Below, one piece after another: positions 19,881-28,900 of a stretch of DNA of 64,000 nt. Made by a program: the position numbers and the translations under genes. The stretch comes from Candidatus Thorarchaeota archaeon (GTDB taxonomy: Archaea > Asgardarchaeota > Thorarchaeia > Thorarchaeales > Thorarchaeaceae). The notes beneath the pieces are model-generated. The model worked only from the letters and a program-made list of their open reading frames with translations. It had not been told where the DNA came from and searched no databases. Position 1 is the stretch's first letter. Every line of letters starts with the position of its first letter. The DNA is taken from the NCBI GenBank assembly GCA_029855935.1, contig JAGSHN010000005.1:142396-206395 (forward strand), written 5' to 3'.

Positions 19881-21128
19881 TCACCTACTGGCCTCGACTA
19901 GGGACTGCAGACCCTCCAGAAAGACATCAACATCGTGCTGGTTATTATAGAGGTAGAAGCTCGCACGCGCCGTGCCTACAGTCGGAGGTATTCCTTCTTG
20001 ATAGTGGAACGGGTGGGCACAATGAGCCCCCGACCTTACCATCACCGCAAACTCGTCATTGAGAAACGTTGCAACATCGTGGGCCGAGCCCACCGTGTCT
20101 ACTCCGAATGTCACGAGACCAGTACGCACGTCGACATCGGTGGAACCTAGGATGTGCACGTGATCCATCTCCTTCATGCTCTTCAGTGCTCTCGCCAGCA
20201 GTCTTCGTTCGTGCCTCTCAATCTCATGCATCCCTATTGACAAGAGGTAGTCGGCAGCGGCACCAGCACCAATCGCACCCGCATAGTTCTGGAGACCCGC
20301 CTCAAACTTCTCCGGAGGCGGGAGATACTCGGGGATTATCCGACCATTCTCATATCGGACGTCAGCCACTGTGTCGCCACCCGTGAGAAACATGTCCATT
20401 GACTTGAGATGCTCAATCTTCCCGTAGAGAAGGCCCATTCCACTCGGACCACACATCTTGTGAACAGACAGCGCTGAGAAGTCAACATCCAATGCCTGTA
20501 CGTCCAATGGATGGTGTGGGGCATACTGAGCATCATCTGAAACAACAATGGCGCCTCGGTCGTGAGCTATCTCCACAATCTCGCGCAAAGGTGCCACAGT
20601 GCCTGTGACATTTGAGGAGTGGACGACGGAAACGATCTTAGTCTTACTGTCAATCGCCTCTTTCCAACGCTCTATGTCAAAGGTGCCATCACTACGAGCG
20701 GGGACTATCTCAATCCCGAGGCCATCTCGCCGTGCTCGTTCTACGAAGGGTAAGGAACCACTGTGATGCTCCAAGGAAGTTGTCACAATCTTTGACCCCT
20801 GGGGCAGGGGGAATGAGCGAGCCACTATGTTGAGGGCTTCAGTGGCATTGCGAGTCCAGATACATTCATCCTCGCGTGTGGCATTGATGAAAGAGGCCAT
20901 CTTCCTTCGGGCCTCCGCATAGGCGGCGGAAACCTCTTTCCCCAATGTATGGATACTGCGTCCTCCGCAAGCGGGAAACCTCAGATAGTATTCGTTCATC
21001 GCATCTATGACCTGCTGTGGCTTGAGGGACATGCAGGCGCTATCCAAGTACACGATTGGCCTGCCGTTGATCTTGCGTTTCAACGCAGGAAAATCGTCGC
21101 GTATCTGATTCCAATCGACCATGGTCAC
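19881..21128 (-). CDS. sufS: Cysteine desulfurase, SufS/CsdA group
   Basis: YLDSAC, NATEA, EHHS, SVHKMCGP (PLP Lys), RSGAHCA. Confidence 0.88.
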   Translation of the reverse strand: MTMVDWNQIRDDFPALKRKINGRPIVYLDSACMSLKPQQVIDAMNEYYLRFPACGGRSIHTLGKEVSAAYAEARRKMASFINATREDECIWTRNATEALNIVARSFPLPQGSKIVTTSLEHHSGSLPFVERARRDGLGIEIVPARSDGTFDIERWKEAIDSKTKIVSVVHSSNVTGTVAPLREIVEIAHDRGAIVVSDDAQYAPHHPLDVQALDVDFSALSVHKMCGPSGMGLLYGKIEHLKSMDMFLTGGDTVADVRYENGRIIPEYLPPPEKFEAGLQNYAGAIGAGAAADYLLSIGMHEIERHERRLLARALKSMKEMDHVHILGSTDVDVRTGLVTFGVDTVGSAHDVATFLNDEFAVMVRSGAHCAHPFHYQEGIPPTVGTARASFYLYNNQHDVDVFLEGLQSLVEASR

Positions 21129-21359
21129 TTACCTCACTATCGACCAGCGGTAGCCACCCTTGCCGAACCGCTTCGTTATCAGACCAAGTGATACCAGTTC
21201 ATTTGCCGCTGCAACAAAGGCGTCACCACCAGCACAGTCCGTACAGACCTCTGCAAATTCGGGACGCCGTGCCATCTCGAGAATCTCCGAGGTGGTGAGC
21301 GAACCGGCAGTTTCGAGAATCTTGAGTACACACTGGGCATTCCTAGACAGGTCGGACAT
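21129..21359 (-). CDS. Small winged-helix protein with CxxC
   Basis: MSDLSRNAQCVLKIL..LTTSEI..CTDC..LVSLGLI..GGYRW; abuts the sufS start. Confidence 0.7.
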   Translation of the reverse strand: MSDLSRNAQCVLKILETAGSLTTSEILEMARRPEFAEVCTDCAGGDAFVAAANELVSLGLITKRFGKGGYRWSIVR

Positions 21360-21524
21360 CTTGGAATGCCACGGGCCAAACAACAATATGAAGACTTCTG
21401 TCGAGCCAATGTCGATAGGCATTCTCGTTACCGAACAAAATCCTTAAATGAATGCCAGAGTGCGCAATAATGCTCCTTCTTGCAGGGCCCTCTGAACTTG
21501 TGGAAAATAGATAAGGTGAAGGAA

Positions 21525-21779
21525 TTGGGAAGACGACGACGACAAAAGGTCATTAGACGACCTCAGAAGAAGATCCCAGATGTGTATCCGTGCCCAGAGT
21601 GTGGTAACACAGCAATCAAGATTGAGCTGTACAAGGATAACAAGGTGGCACTCGTCAAGTGTGGCTCCTGTGGACTTGAAACGCTGATTGACGAGGTGAC
21701 CCCTCTGACTGAAGCAGTCGATGTGTATGGAACATTCATCGACAGGTACTATGAGGAGAGGCGACTCACGACCACATAG
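21525..21779 (+). CDS. elf1: Transcription elongation factor Elf1
   Basis: (L)GRRRR basic N-terminus, CPEC..CGSC, EAVDVY..FID; TTG start after an SD-like GGTGA. Confidence 0.9.
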   Translation: MGRRRRQKVIRRPQKKIPDVYPCPECGNTAIKIELYKDNKVALVKCGSCGLETLIDEVTPLTEAVDVYGTFIDRYYEERRLTTT

Positions 21780-21861
21780 GCACAGGGCGCACAGATAGAG
21801 TAGCCCAACGAAGTTAGCAACCGTTATAAGAGGACAGCAATCTCGCAGGAAACGATCTCCA

Positions 21862-21978
21862 ATGCAGGCTGAAGTCACAACACAAATCTTGAGCATTATT
21901 CTGACGGCTCTAGGTATCATTGCCCTGCTACTGATTCTAGGATACTCCATCTACGGCGAGGAGGAGGCACAGGAGTAA
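21862..21978 (+). CDS. 38-aa single-TM microprotein, OST4-like
   Basis: Manual translation MQAEVTTQILSIILTALGIIALLLILGYSIYGEEEAQE*; TTATAA at ~21824; fills an intergenic gap. Confidence 0.6.
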   Translation: MQAEVTTQILSIILTALGIIALLLILGYSIYGEEEAQE

Positions 21979-22011
21979 TACAAGAGAAGAGTAGGTGGGG
22001 GCTCGCCATCC

Positions 22012-22257
22012 TTGTGGTCGGAGATCGCAAGTGTGGTCAATAGATCATTCGAGCAGGCGGCCGCGCATCTGGCGAACTTGGGACCAGTGAGAAACATTAT
22101 CGATGACCTACTCAAAGAGAGTCGGTCCATAGAGGGGTTTCTCGCTCGGCTGGAGGAATACGAGCGCACAGGCCAGGATGTAACAATCAGAACAGACATC
22201 CGCATCCTCATCAATGAGATAAGACACATAATGGCGCAGCGGAAGGCAACAAGATGA
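22012..22257 (+). CDS. Small helical hypothetical protein coupled to lhr
   Basis: ATGA overlap with lhr; natural amphipathic composition. Confidence 0.6.
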   Translation: MWSEIASVVNRSFEQAAAHLANLGPVRNIIDDLLKESRSIEGFLARLEEYERTGQDVTIRTDIRILINEIRHIMAQRKATR

Positions 22258-25103
22258 CCTCGGCGTTTGGCCGCTTGAGTAGCGAGATTGTCGAGTACAT
22301 ATCGAGTGAGGGGATTAGTGAGCCGACGCCAATCCAAGAAACCGCAATTCCGCAGATTCTTGACTCAGACGACTGTTTCCTGCTCTCGGCACCTACTGGA
22401 ACTGGAAAGACCGAGGCCGCGCTACTGCCTCTGCTTCACAAGCTATCCGCGAGGATAGAGAAGGACGGAGGCATCTTTGGAATAGCGATACTCTACATAA
22501 CACCGCTCAAGGCCCTGAATAGAGATGTGTTCAAGAGAGTAAGGGGGCTCTGCGAACATCTAGGGGTCGGAATAGATGTCAGGCATGGAGACACGACCGC
22601 CTATGCCAGAAGAAAGCAAGCACTCTATCCTCCCAACCTGATGGTCACAACCCCCGAAACCCTTCAGGCAATCCTCCCGGGAAAACGAATGCGCTTTAAT
22701 CTGCGCAGTGTCACGGCGGTTGTAGTAGATGAGGTTCATGAGATTGCAGGGAGCAAGAGAGGGGTCCAGCTTGCTGTCGCACTGGAACGACTTGAGCATC
22801 TAGTAGGGCGGCCAGTGCAGCGGGTCGGACTCTCGGCGACTGTTGGAAATACGCGAGAGGTCGCCAGACTCGTGGGAGGTGTAGGAAGACCAGTCAAGAT
22901 GCTCTGGGCGGGATATGCCACCAGAGATCTGTCAATGAGAGTAGAGATGCCAGTTCCGACCGACAAACATCATCTGCTCGCCAAGCGATTGGCCTACCCT
23001 GCACACCCCATATCACGTCTCGATAGAATCAGGGAGCTAGTGGAGGGACACGAGAGCACGATAGTATTTGCGAATACACGGTCACTGGCCGAAACTATGG
23101 GGGCGAAACTAAGGCTTCTGGCGCCCTCACTGGAGTTCGAGGTCCATCATGGATCGCTCTCTAAGGATGCACGCCTTGCGGCAGAACACCGTCTAAGAGA
23201 GGGAGAGATAAGAGCGATTATTGCCACATCAAGCCTGGAACTGGGTATAGACATCGGCCAGGTCGATCTTGTGATTCAATATGGCAGCCCCCGAAACACA
23301 TCTAGGGCGGTTCAGCGGGTTGGAAGGGCAGGTCATAGAGTTGGAGGTAAGTCAGAGGGGGTGATCATTGCCACAGTCAACCTAGATGATGTCACGGAGT
23401 CGGGGGTGATACTCCGAAGAGCACGGGCGAACAGAATCGAGAGAACGCACGTGTTACGCAGGGCATGGGACGTATTGGCACACCAGGTGGCAGGCATTGT
23501 TCTAGAGCATAGAGCTATAGATGTCAGAACGATACTTCAGATTGTCAGAAAGGCGAGCCCCTTCAGAAACGTTTCAATGGCCGAACTGAATAGAATCATC
23601 GATTTCCTAGCCAAGCGAGGTATGCTGCGTCGAAACGAGTATGAGGTCAAGATGGGACCGCGCACCCGAGCGTACTACTATGAGGGGCTGAGCACAATTC
23701 CTGATGTCCAGCAAGTTATGGTTGTCGACAGCATCACACGATCCAGCATCGGAGTGCTGGACGAAGAATATGTGCGCGAGTATATTGACACAGGGTCGAC
23801 TTTCGTGATACGTGGACGCCCGTATGTTGTTGTTTCAGTCGACGACGAAGAGGTACTGTGTCAACCAATCGTTGGGACTGACCCCACCGCACCGCGTTGG
23901 ATTGGTGAGATGATACCTGTTCCATTCGAGGTCGCATGTGAGGTTGCGGACCTGTGGAATAAGGCTGCAGAGAGGAACGAGAGAGAAGTTCGCAGAGACA
24001 TCAAGAAGAGATACTGCCTAGAGGATGCTGCGGTGGGCTTTCTTCTGAGGGAGAGTAGGAGGGCCAGAGAGGAGCTGGGATGCCTGCCCTCAAAACGCAG
24101 GATTGTGATAGAACAGTTTCCGAGTGGTACTGTGATCCACGCCCCCCTTGGAACTCAAGGTAATGAAACTCTCGGGCTGATCGTGGCGGCAGTCCTTACA
24201 ACGCGGATTGGCTCTGAGATTTTGGTCGAACACGACCCCTACAGAATCCTCCTCGTATCGAGGGGCACCGTCGATGCGCAGGCCGTCAAGAGTATTCTTC
24301 GCACCTATGATCGAGAACAAATCAATGTGGTTCTTCGACTGGCACTCAAGAACACACAGACCTTTGCATCAAGATTCGTACAAGTGGCCCGGAGAATGGG
24401 GATAGTCAAGAGAAACGCAAGGCTGCGTGACATTCCGGTAGGGAGGCTGATCGAGAGCTACGTGGACAGTCCTGTGTTCGAGGAGGCTATGGAGGAAGTG
24501 TTGTCCGAAAAGATGGACCCTATGCTGATTGGAAACGTGATCGACCGTGTCCGAGAGGGTACTGTTGAGATTACTACGGTCAGAACCGAGAAACCCTCAA
24601 CTCTGGCAAGGCTGATAGTCGAGCACAAGACTCGATTCGAAATGATCACAGAGGTCACTGGCGAAGAGGATGTCCTGCGCCTCCTTGAGGAGCGACTGCT
24701 ATCAAGACGGATGAGATTGGTGTGTATGAGGGGGGACTGGGAGAGCATAAGAACGGTGTCCACCTTGGACGACACCGTCAGATGTACGAGATGTGGGTCG
24801 ACACTCGTTGCGGTGACCAACACCACAGACAAGGACTTGAAACAGCTGATTGCACGAGTGCAGAGGGGAGAGAGTCTCACTAGAAACGAGAGGAGAAGAT
24901 ACGAACGGGCCGCACTGTCATCTAGCTTGGTGGCAACATACGGCAAGGTTGCGGTAATGGTATTGGCTGGACGCGGAATAGGACCAGAAACAGCATCAAG
25001 GATTCTCAGGCCGGGAAATGTAGAGCACCGATTGACTCTTTTGAGGGCGGTGGCAAGAGCAGAGAGAGACTATGCACGAACCCATCAGTACTGGGCCAGA
25101 TGA
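22254..25103 (+). CDS. lhr: Lhr-family SF2 helicase with C-terminal Zn ribbon
   Basis: APTGTGKTEAA, TPLKALNRD, TTPETL, DEVH, SAT, HHGSLS, ELGIDIG, QRVGRAGH. Confidence 0.93.
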   Translation: MTSAFGRLSSEIVEYISSEGISEPTPIQETAIPQILDSDDCFLLSAPTGTGKTEAALLPLLHKLSARIEKDGGIFGIAILYITPLKALNRDVFKRVRGLCEHLGVGIDVRHGDTTAYARRKQALYPPNLMVTTPETLQAILPGKRMRFNLRSVTAVVVDEVHEIAGSKRGVQLAVALERLEHLVGRPVQRVGLSATVGNTREVARLVGGVGRPVKMLWAGYATRDLSMRVEMPVPTDKHHLLAKRLAYPAHPISRLDRIRELVEGHESTIVFANTRSLAETMGAKLRLLAPSLEFEVHHGSLSKDARLAAEHRLREGEIRAIIATSSLELGIDIGQVDLVIQYGSPRNTSRAVQRVGRAGHRVGGKSEGVIIATVNLDDVTESGVILRRARANRIERTHVLRRAWDVLAHQVAGIVLEHRAIDVRTILQIVRKASPFRNVSMAELNRIIDFLAKRGMLRRNEYEVKMGPRTRAYYYEGLSTIPDVQQVMVVDSITRSSIGVLDEEYVREYIDTGSTFVIRGRPYVVVSVDDEEVLCQPIVGTDPTAPRWIGEMIPVPFEVACEVADLWNKAAERNEREVRRDIKKRYCLEDAAVGFLLRESRRAREELGCLPSKRRIVIEQFPSGTVIHAPLGTQGNETLGLIVAAVLTTRIGSEILVEHDPYRILLVSRGTVDAQAVKSILRTYDREQINVVLRLALKNTQTFASRFVQVARRMGIVKRNARLRDIPVGRLIESYVDSPVFEEAMEEVLSEKMDPMLIGNVIDRVREGTVEITTVRTEKPSTLARLIVEHKTRFEMITEVTGEEDVLRLLEERLLSRRMRLVCMRGDWESIRTVSTLDDTVRCTRCGSTLVAVTNTTDKDLKQLIARVQRGESLTRNERRRYERAALSSSLVATYGKVAVMVLAGRGIGPETASRILRPGNVEHRLTLLRAVARAERDYARTHQYWAR

Positions 25104-25719
25104 CACGCGAGAACTAGTCGTCTTCGTAGGAAGAAGTAATGTCGGGAAGAGCAGTATCATCAGAGCCCTCACGGGGAAGCGGGTCCGTGTCGGAAAGCAT
25201 CCCGGCAGCACTCGCAAGTTCCTAGCTCTCGATATGGGGCCAGTCATCTTCATAGACATGCCCGGATTTGGGTATATGGCCAAGCAGAGCAGGACCAAGA
25301 TTGAGGAAACTAAGACAGCCATAGTCAGGTCTCTTGAGAAGCTTCAGGAGAGAATCGTATTGGGAGTTCTCATACTGGATGTTTCCCTATTCAGAGAAAT
25401 AGTAGAGAGATGGGAGCGGCGTGGAGAGATTCCAATAGATGTGGAGTTCTATGCGTTCCTCCACGAGGTGGCAAGACAGGTCATAGTTGTGGCCAACAAG
25501 ATCGATAAGGTGCGTAGACGCGATAGAGGGGACGTATTGAGTTACGTCGCTCAGCGTCTGACCGAGGCGATGCCAACAAAACAACTCAATCTTGTCGTGA
25601 CATCTGCGTCTAAGAAACACGGCATCTCAGAGCTGAGAGAGGCCATAGAGGCATGTCTTGATAGCGAGGGTGTTGGCATCCCGCGCTGGCCAGGGATTGA
25701 AGTTGATCAGAGCGACTAG
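25072..25719 (+). CDS. engB: GTP-binding protein EngB/YihA
   Basis: GRSNVGKSS, PGST, DMPGFG, NKID, SA. Confidence 0.9.
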   Translation: MHEPISTGPDDTRELVVFVGRSNVGKSSIIRALTGKRVRVGKHPGSTRKFLALDMGPVIFIDMPGFGYMAKQSRTKIEETKTAIVRSLEKLQERIVLGVLILDVSLFREIVERWERRGEIPIDVEFYAFLHEVARQVIVVANKIDKVRRRDRGDVLSYVAQRLTEAMPTKQLNLVVTSASKKHGISELREAIEACLDSEGVGIPRWPGIEVDQSD

Positions 25720-26819
25720 CGTCGTTTCCTCACAGAATAGTATATGACTCCGAGCATAAGAACGACCGACGATACTGTGAGCATAGGAGTGATCGCAGTC
25801 GGCGATTCGATGTGCTGCTCTGAGAGCCAGTTGAGGATGTTCATGAATAGGCGTGCATTGTCAGCAGTGTAGAACCACTTCATCTCCGAACGGGCGTCGG
25901 ACTCTGGAAGGTCAAGTGGTCGACCGGTGAACATTATGGTAGACCCCGATATGACAATACGACTACGACCATACTCGAATGCGGCAAGCCAAGGCGGGAA
26001 AGTACCGTTGATTGCCGAGTACGAATAGGGGCGCTCCTCAAACTCGGCCAGACTCATATTCGGAAACGAGATGTTAGCAAAAGAATACGGGCCCTTCCTG
26101 TACTGAGCAAAAGATGTGTCATAACCACGTGCAATCGCGCAGGAAACGTCAATGGGCTTGAGCGTAGCGGTCATCACGACCAGCTCATTGATGTCATTGA
26201 ATATTGGATGAGAGGTGTTCCAAGTGGTACTGTCCAACCGAATGACCTGAGGGCGCGTTTCATTGAGCGCATGCTCATAATCGAACATAGAGTCAGACCA
26301 GTATCTATCCTCCGTGGCATTGATGCTGAACCGCACACCAGACATGTTGAGAGCATCGAGAAGCCTGTTGACCGCGATATTGTCTCCTAGGTCCTGAAAC
26401 GGCTGTTCAGACCAGTATGTCGAGTTCTGATCGATTGCTGGATCTCCCATAATGAGCATGTCGCTCCCATTTTTGAGAAAGTCTGAGATGGCTCTAATCT
26501 CGGAGGGCTCGAATTCGCCGCTTCGGTCAGGATCCGCGATTATCAGAAGGTCGACATCGTTGAGGAGCGACTCATTGAGTGGGGAACCCTCGTGCACCTT
26601 GACGAGGTATCGCGTGGAGGCGTTCACCATATCGAGCATCAGCTTCAGACCGTTCTCTTCGTCGTCGGGAGCAAACTGTTGGAGATGGCTCGCGTCGTAC
26701 AGGACCACAATCGGATCCAACGTGGATTGGGCCCGAACGCCTAACGGGATGGACGACGCCATTGTCAGGGCAATAATGGCAATGGCAAGGAACTTTGACG
26801 ATCTACTGAGCCTCGACAT
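25716..26819 (-). CDS. Type I membrane glycoprotein with GIFT/WBP1-like (GATase-like) domain
   Basis: Signal peptide; VLYDASH, DLLIIADP, F..SEI.AI.DF...G..MLIMGD, SRIVISGS..MF, NARLFMNILNWL; C-terminal TM + RKRR; 11 NxS/T sequons. Confidence 0.7.
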   Translation of the reverse strand: MSRLSRSSKFLAIAIIALTMASSIPLGVRAQSTLDPIVVLYDASHLQQFAPDDEENGLKLMLDMVNASTRYLVKVHEGSPLNESLLNDVDLLIIADPDRSGEFEPSEIRAISDFLKNGSDMLIMGDPAIDQNSTYWSEQPFQDLGDNIAVNRLLDALNMSGVRFSINATEDRYWSDSMFDYEHALNETRPQVIRLDSTTWNTSHPIFNDINELVVMTATLKPIDVSCAIARGYDTSFAQYRKGPYSFANISFPNMSLAEFEERPYSYSAINGTFPPWLAAFEYGRSRIVISGSTIMFTGRPLDLPESDARSEMKWFYTADNARLFMNILNWLSEQHIESPTAITPMLTVSSVVLMLGVIYYSVRKRR

Positions 26820-26972
26820 CTTGGGGTTTCCGACCTTCCTGCTCAGACTGCGACCACCAATCTGGCTTCGGTTTTAAAGATATTCCTCGGATTTTGGGAT
26901 GAAATGAACTCAACGAGAGGCAGCCTCTAGTGAGGCCGGACAGCAGGAGGGCCACTGGGGGCTGACAGAGGC

Positions 26973-27359
26973 CTAGTCTGTGCGTCGCCATCGTGCGAGG
27001 AACTCTTTCCGTTCGGAATCGTGTACGTGGACACGTGTAAAACGACCGAGAATCTGAGCAATCTCCTGTGCTAGGAGATGATAACAGAAGTCTAAACGAT
27101 GAGACAGTACTACGTCTTGGTAGAAACTTCGGCAGCTGCAATAGACGTTGGGTATCACCAGGTATTCTCGTTTGGCCCCGAGCACTATCCACCTGCTTGT
27201 TCCACTCGGTCTGAAAATGTAGTGCTGTACTCTATCCTCTTCCACTGCTCGAGCCGCACGAATGAATCTATTGCCATATTGATTGGTGAGAACTTCCACT
27301 GTCCTATTGTTAATACCGTTTGACCTGATCAGTTCAATCTCAGACTCGCTAAGGACCAT
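26973..27359 (-). CDS. SWIM zinc-finger protein (Sws1-like)
   Basis: YCSCRSF...CYHLLA. Confidence 0.8.
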   Translation of the reverse strand: MVLSESEIELIRSNGINNRTVEVLTNQYGNRFIRAARAVEEDRVQHYIFRPSGTSRWIVLGAKREYLVIPNVYCSCRSFYQDVVLSHRLDFCYHLLAQEIAQILGRFTRVHVHDSERKEFLARWRRTD

Positions 27360-27421
27360 CCTTGGTCAATAGGTCATTACAGCAGCGGTTAAAACATTGT
27401 GCCCTCTCAGATGACGGTGAA

Positions 27422-28252
27422 ATGGAGATCATTCTTGAGAGACGTGGAATGATTCTATCGTCCGGTGACCGATCGTCACTTCTTGTCGCAGACCTACACC
27501 TGGGACTCCACAGAGAACTTGAAACTAGGACTGGTGCTGTCTTCGACTCAGAGCAGGAGGCCATCACACACGATATTGAGAAACTCATCAGGCGATACAG
27601 AGTGGATAATCTGTGGATTGTAGGCGATCTGAAACACTCCATTGGAGTTGACACGGGATACAACTGGAGCGAGATTCCCAAGTTCCTAGACAGACTCAGT
27701 AGCAGGGTGAACGTCACGATACTTCCAGGCAACCACGATGGCGAGATTCGCGCACTAGTTCCAAGGAGAGTTGTAATAGGCGACGCTAGGGGGTGTACGG
27801 TCTGGCGCGGGGAACTGGTAATAGCCGCCGTTCATGGTCATGCTTGGCCCTCACCAGAGGTGCTGAGCGCAGATGTCATTGTGATGGGACATAATCATCC
27901 AGCCATTCGTATCATCCATGAAGTTCCCCTCGGCAGTGGCGGACGAGTTAGAAGGAGAGGAATGCCAGTTCCTGTCTTTCTGAAGATGCCATTGAGCAGG
28001 CAATGCGTCGCAAGGCACGCGAGGATGAACTCAAGAACCGAGAGACGCGGAGAGGCAGTATTGTTCGTCATGCCAAGTTTCAATCCGCTCGCAGCAGGTG
28101 TAAACATAGGCAGAGCGGATGCGAAACTACGCGGACCTATGATAGAGAGCGGATGTGCTGACAAGTCCCAAGCGGACGTATACAGCGAGAACGGAGTATT
28201 CCTGGGAGATCTGGCGAGTCTATCAGAGAGAACTAACGAAAGCATTAAATGA
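27422..28252 (+). CDS. Calcineurin-like metallophosphoesterase (COG1407 type)
   Basis: ADLHLG, GDLKH, GNHD, HGH, GHNHP, MPSFN. Confidence 0.88.
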   Translation: MEIILERRGMILSSGDRSSLLVADLHLGLHRELETRTGAVFDSEQEAITHDIEKLIRRYRVDNLWIVGDLKHSIGVDTGYNWSEIPKFLDRLSSRVNVTILPGNHDGEIRALVPRRVVIGDARGCTVWRGELVIAAVHGHAWPSPEVLSADVIVMGHNHPAIRIIHEVPLGSGGRVRRRGMPVPVFLKMPLSRQCVARHARMNSRTERRGEAVLFVMPSFNPLAAGVNIGRADAKLRGPMIESGCADKSQADVYSENGVFLGDLASLSERTNESIK

Positions 28253-28277
28253 CTCCAGAGGCGGAATTGAGATTGAT

Positions 28278-28354
28278 GGGTCGGTGGTCTAGCTTGGTAT
28301 GATTCTTGGTTCGGGACCAAGAGGTCGCGAGTTCAAATCTCGTCCGGCCCACCA
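28278..28354 (+). tRNA. tRNA-Pro(CGG), intronless, CCA encoded
   Basis: Cloverleaf GGGTCGG/CCGGCCC, anticodon arm CTTGG-TTCGGGA-CCAAG, TTCAAAT. Confidence 0.95.
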
Positions 28355-28423
28355 CCGACCCACCGTCTTCTGCTAGAGCATAGCTCGGAAACATTGACAC
28401 TGTCTTCGGGGGGGAATTACACA

Positions 28424-28900
28424 TCACTGTTGTGCCGATTTGATTGCGTGGAGAAGAACGGACGCCGTTGCGGCCGGACCAATATCGATCTGGGAGTCAA
28501 TGCTTACACACTCGCCAAGGTCCATCTCTCGCCTTGAGAATGAACTGGTACTGCCGGACAGGGTTATCATAACACGCTCACCGTTTGTTACCTGCCGCGA
28601 CAAATCGTGCAGATTCACACGATTCTTCGTCAACATTGGGGAAACCAGCATCAGAGGACGCGCTACGCCCAACAGTTCGATGGCATCTGACAAGTCTGGC
28701 AAGACGATGAATCTACCGTTCATCTTCAGAGCAAGTTTGTTCGCATCTGGAACACCGCTCTGGGCAGCAGCACCCTCCGGTTTCGATACTATGAATGTTG
28801 GAAAACCCATCCCGTACACAACTTGGGCAGTGTCTACGACTTTGCTGACGGAGTGGACATTGTGGAGTACGACGAATACGTTATCAAACTTATGAAACAT
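28424..28900 (-). CDS. COG4080/DUF2122 SPOUT-like protein
   Basis: VVLHNVHSV, SKPEGAAAQSGVP, LPDLSDAIELL, FSRRE. Confidence 0.75.
   Translation of the reverse strand: MFHKFDNVFVVLHNVHSVSKVVDTAQVVYGMGFPTFIVSKPEGAAAQSGVPDANKLALKMNGRFIVLPDLSDAIELLGVARPLMLVSPMLTKNRVNLHDLSRQVTNGERVMITLSGSTSSFSRREMDLGECVSIDSQIDIGPAATASVLLHAIKSAQQ

Noticed and set aside
21444-21950. 168-aa Cys-rich minus-strand ORF
   Set aside because: Antisense shadow of elf1 and the OST4-like ORF.
28424-28900. 'RecB-family nuclease' as restriction partner of the methyltransferase
   Set aside because: No PD-(D/E)xK motif; the family is SPOUT-like.
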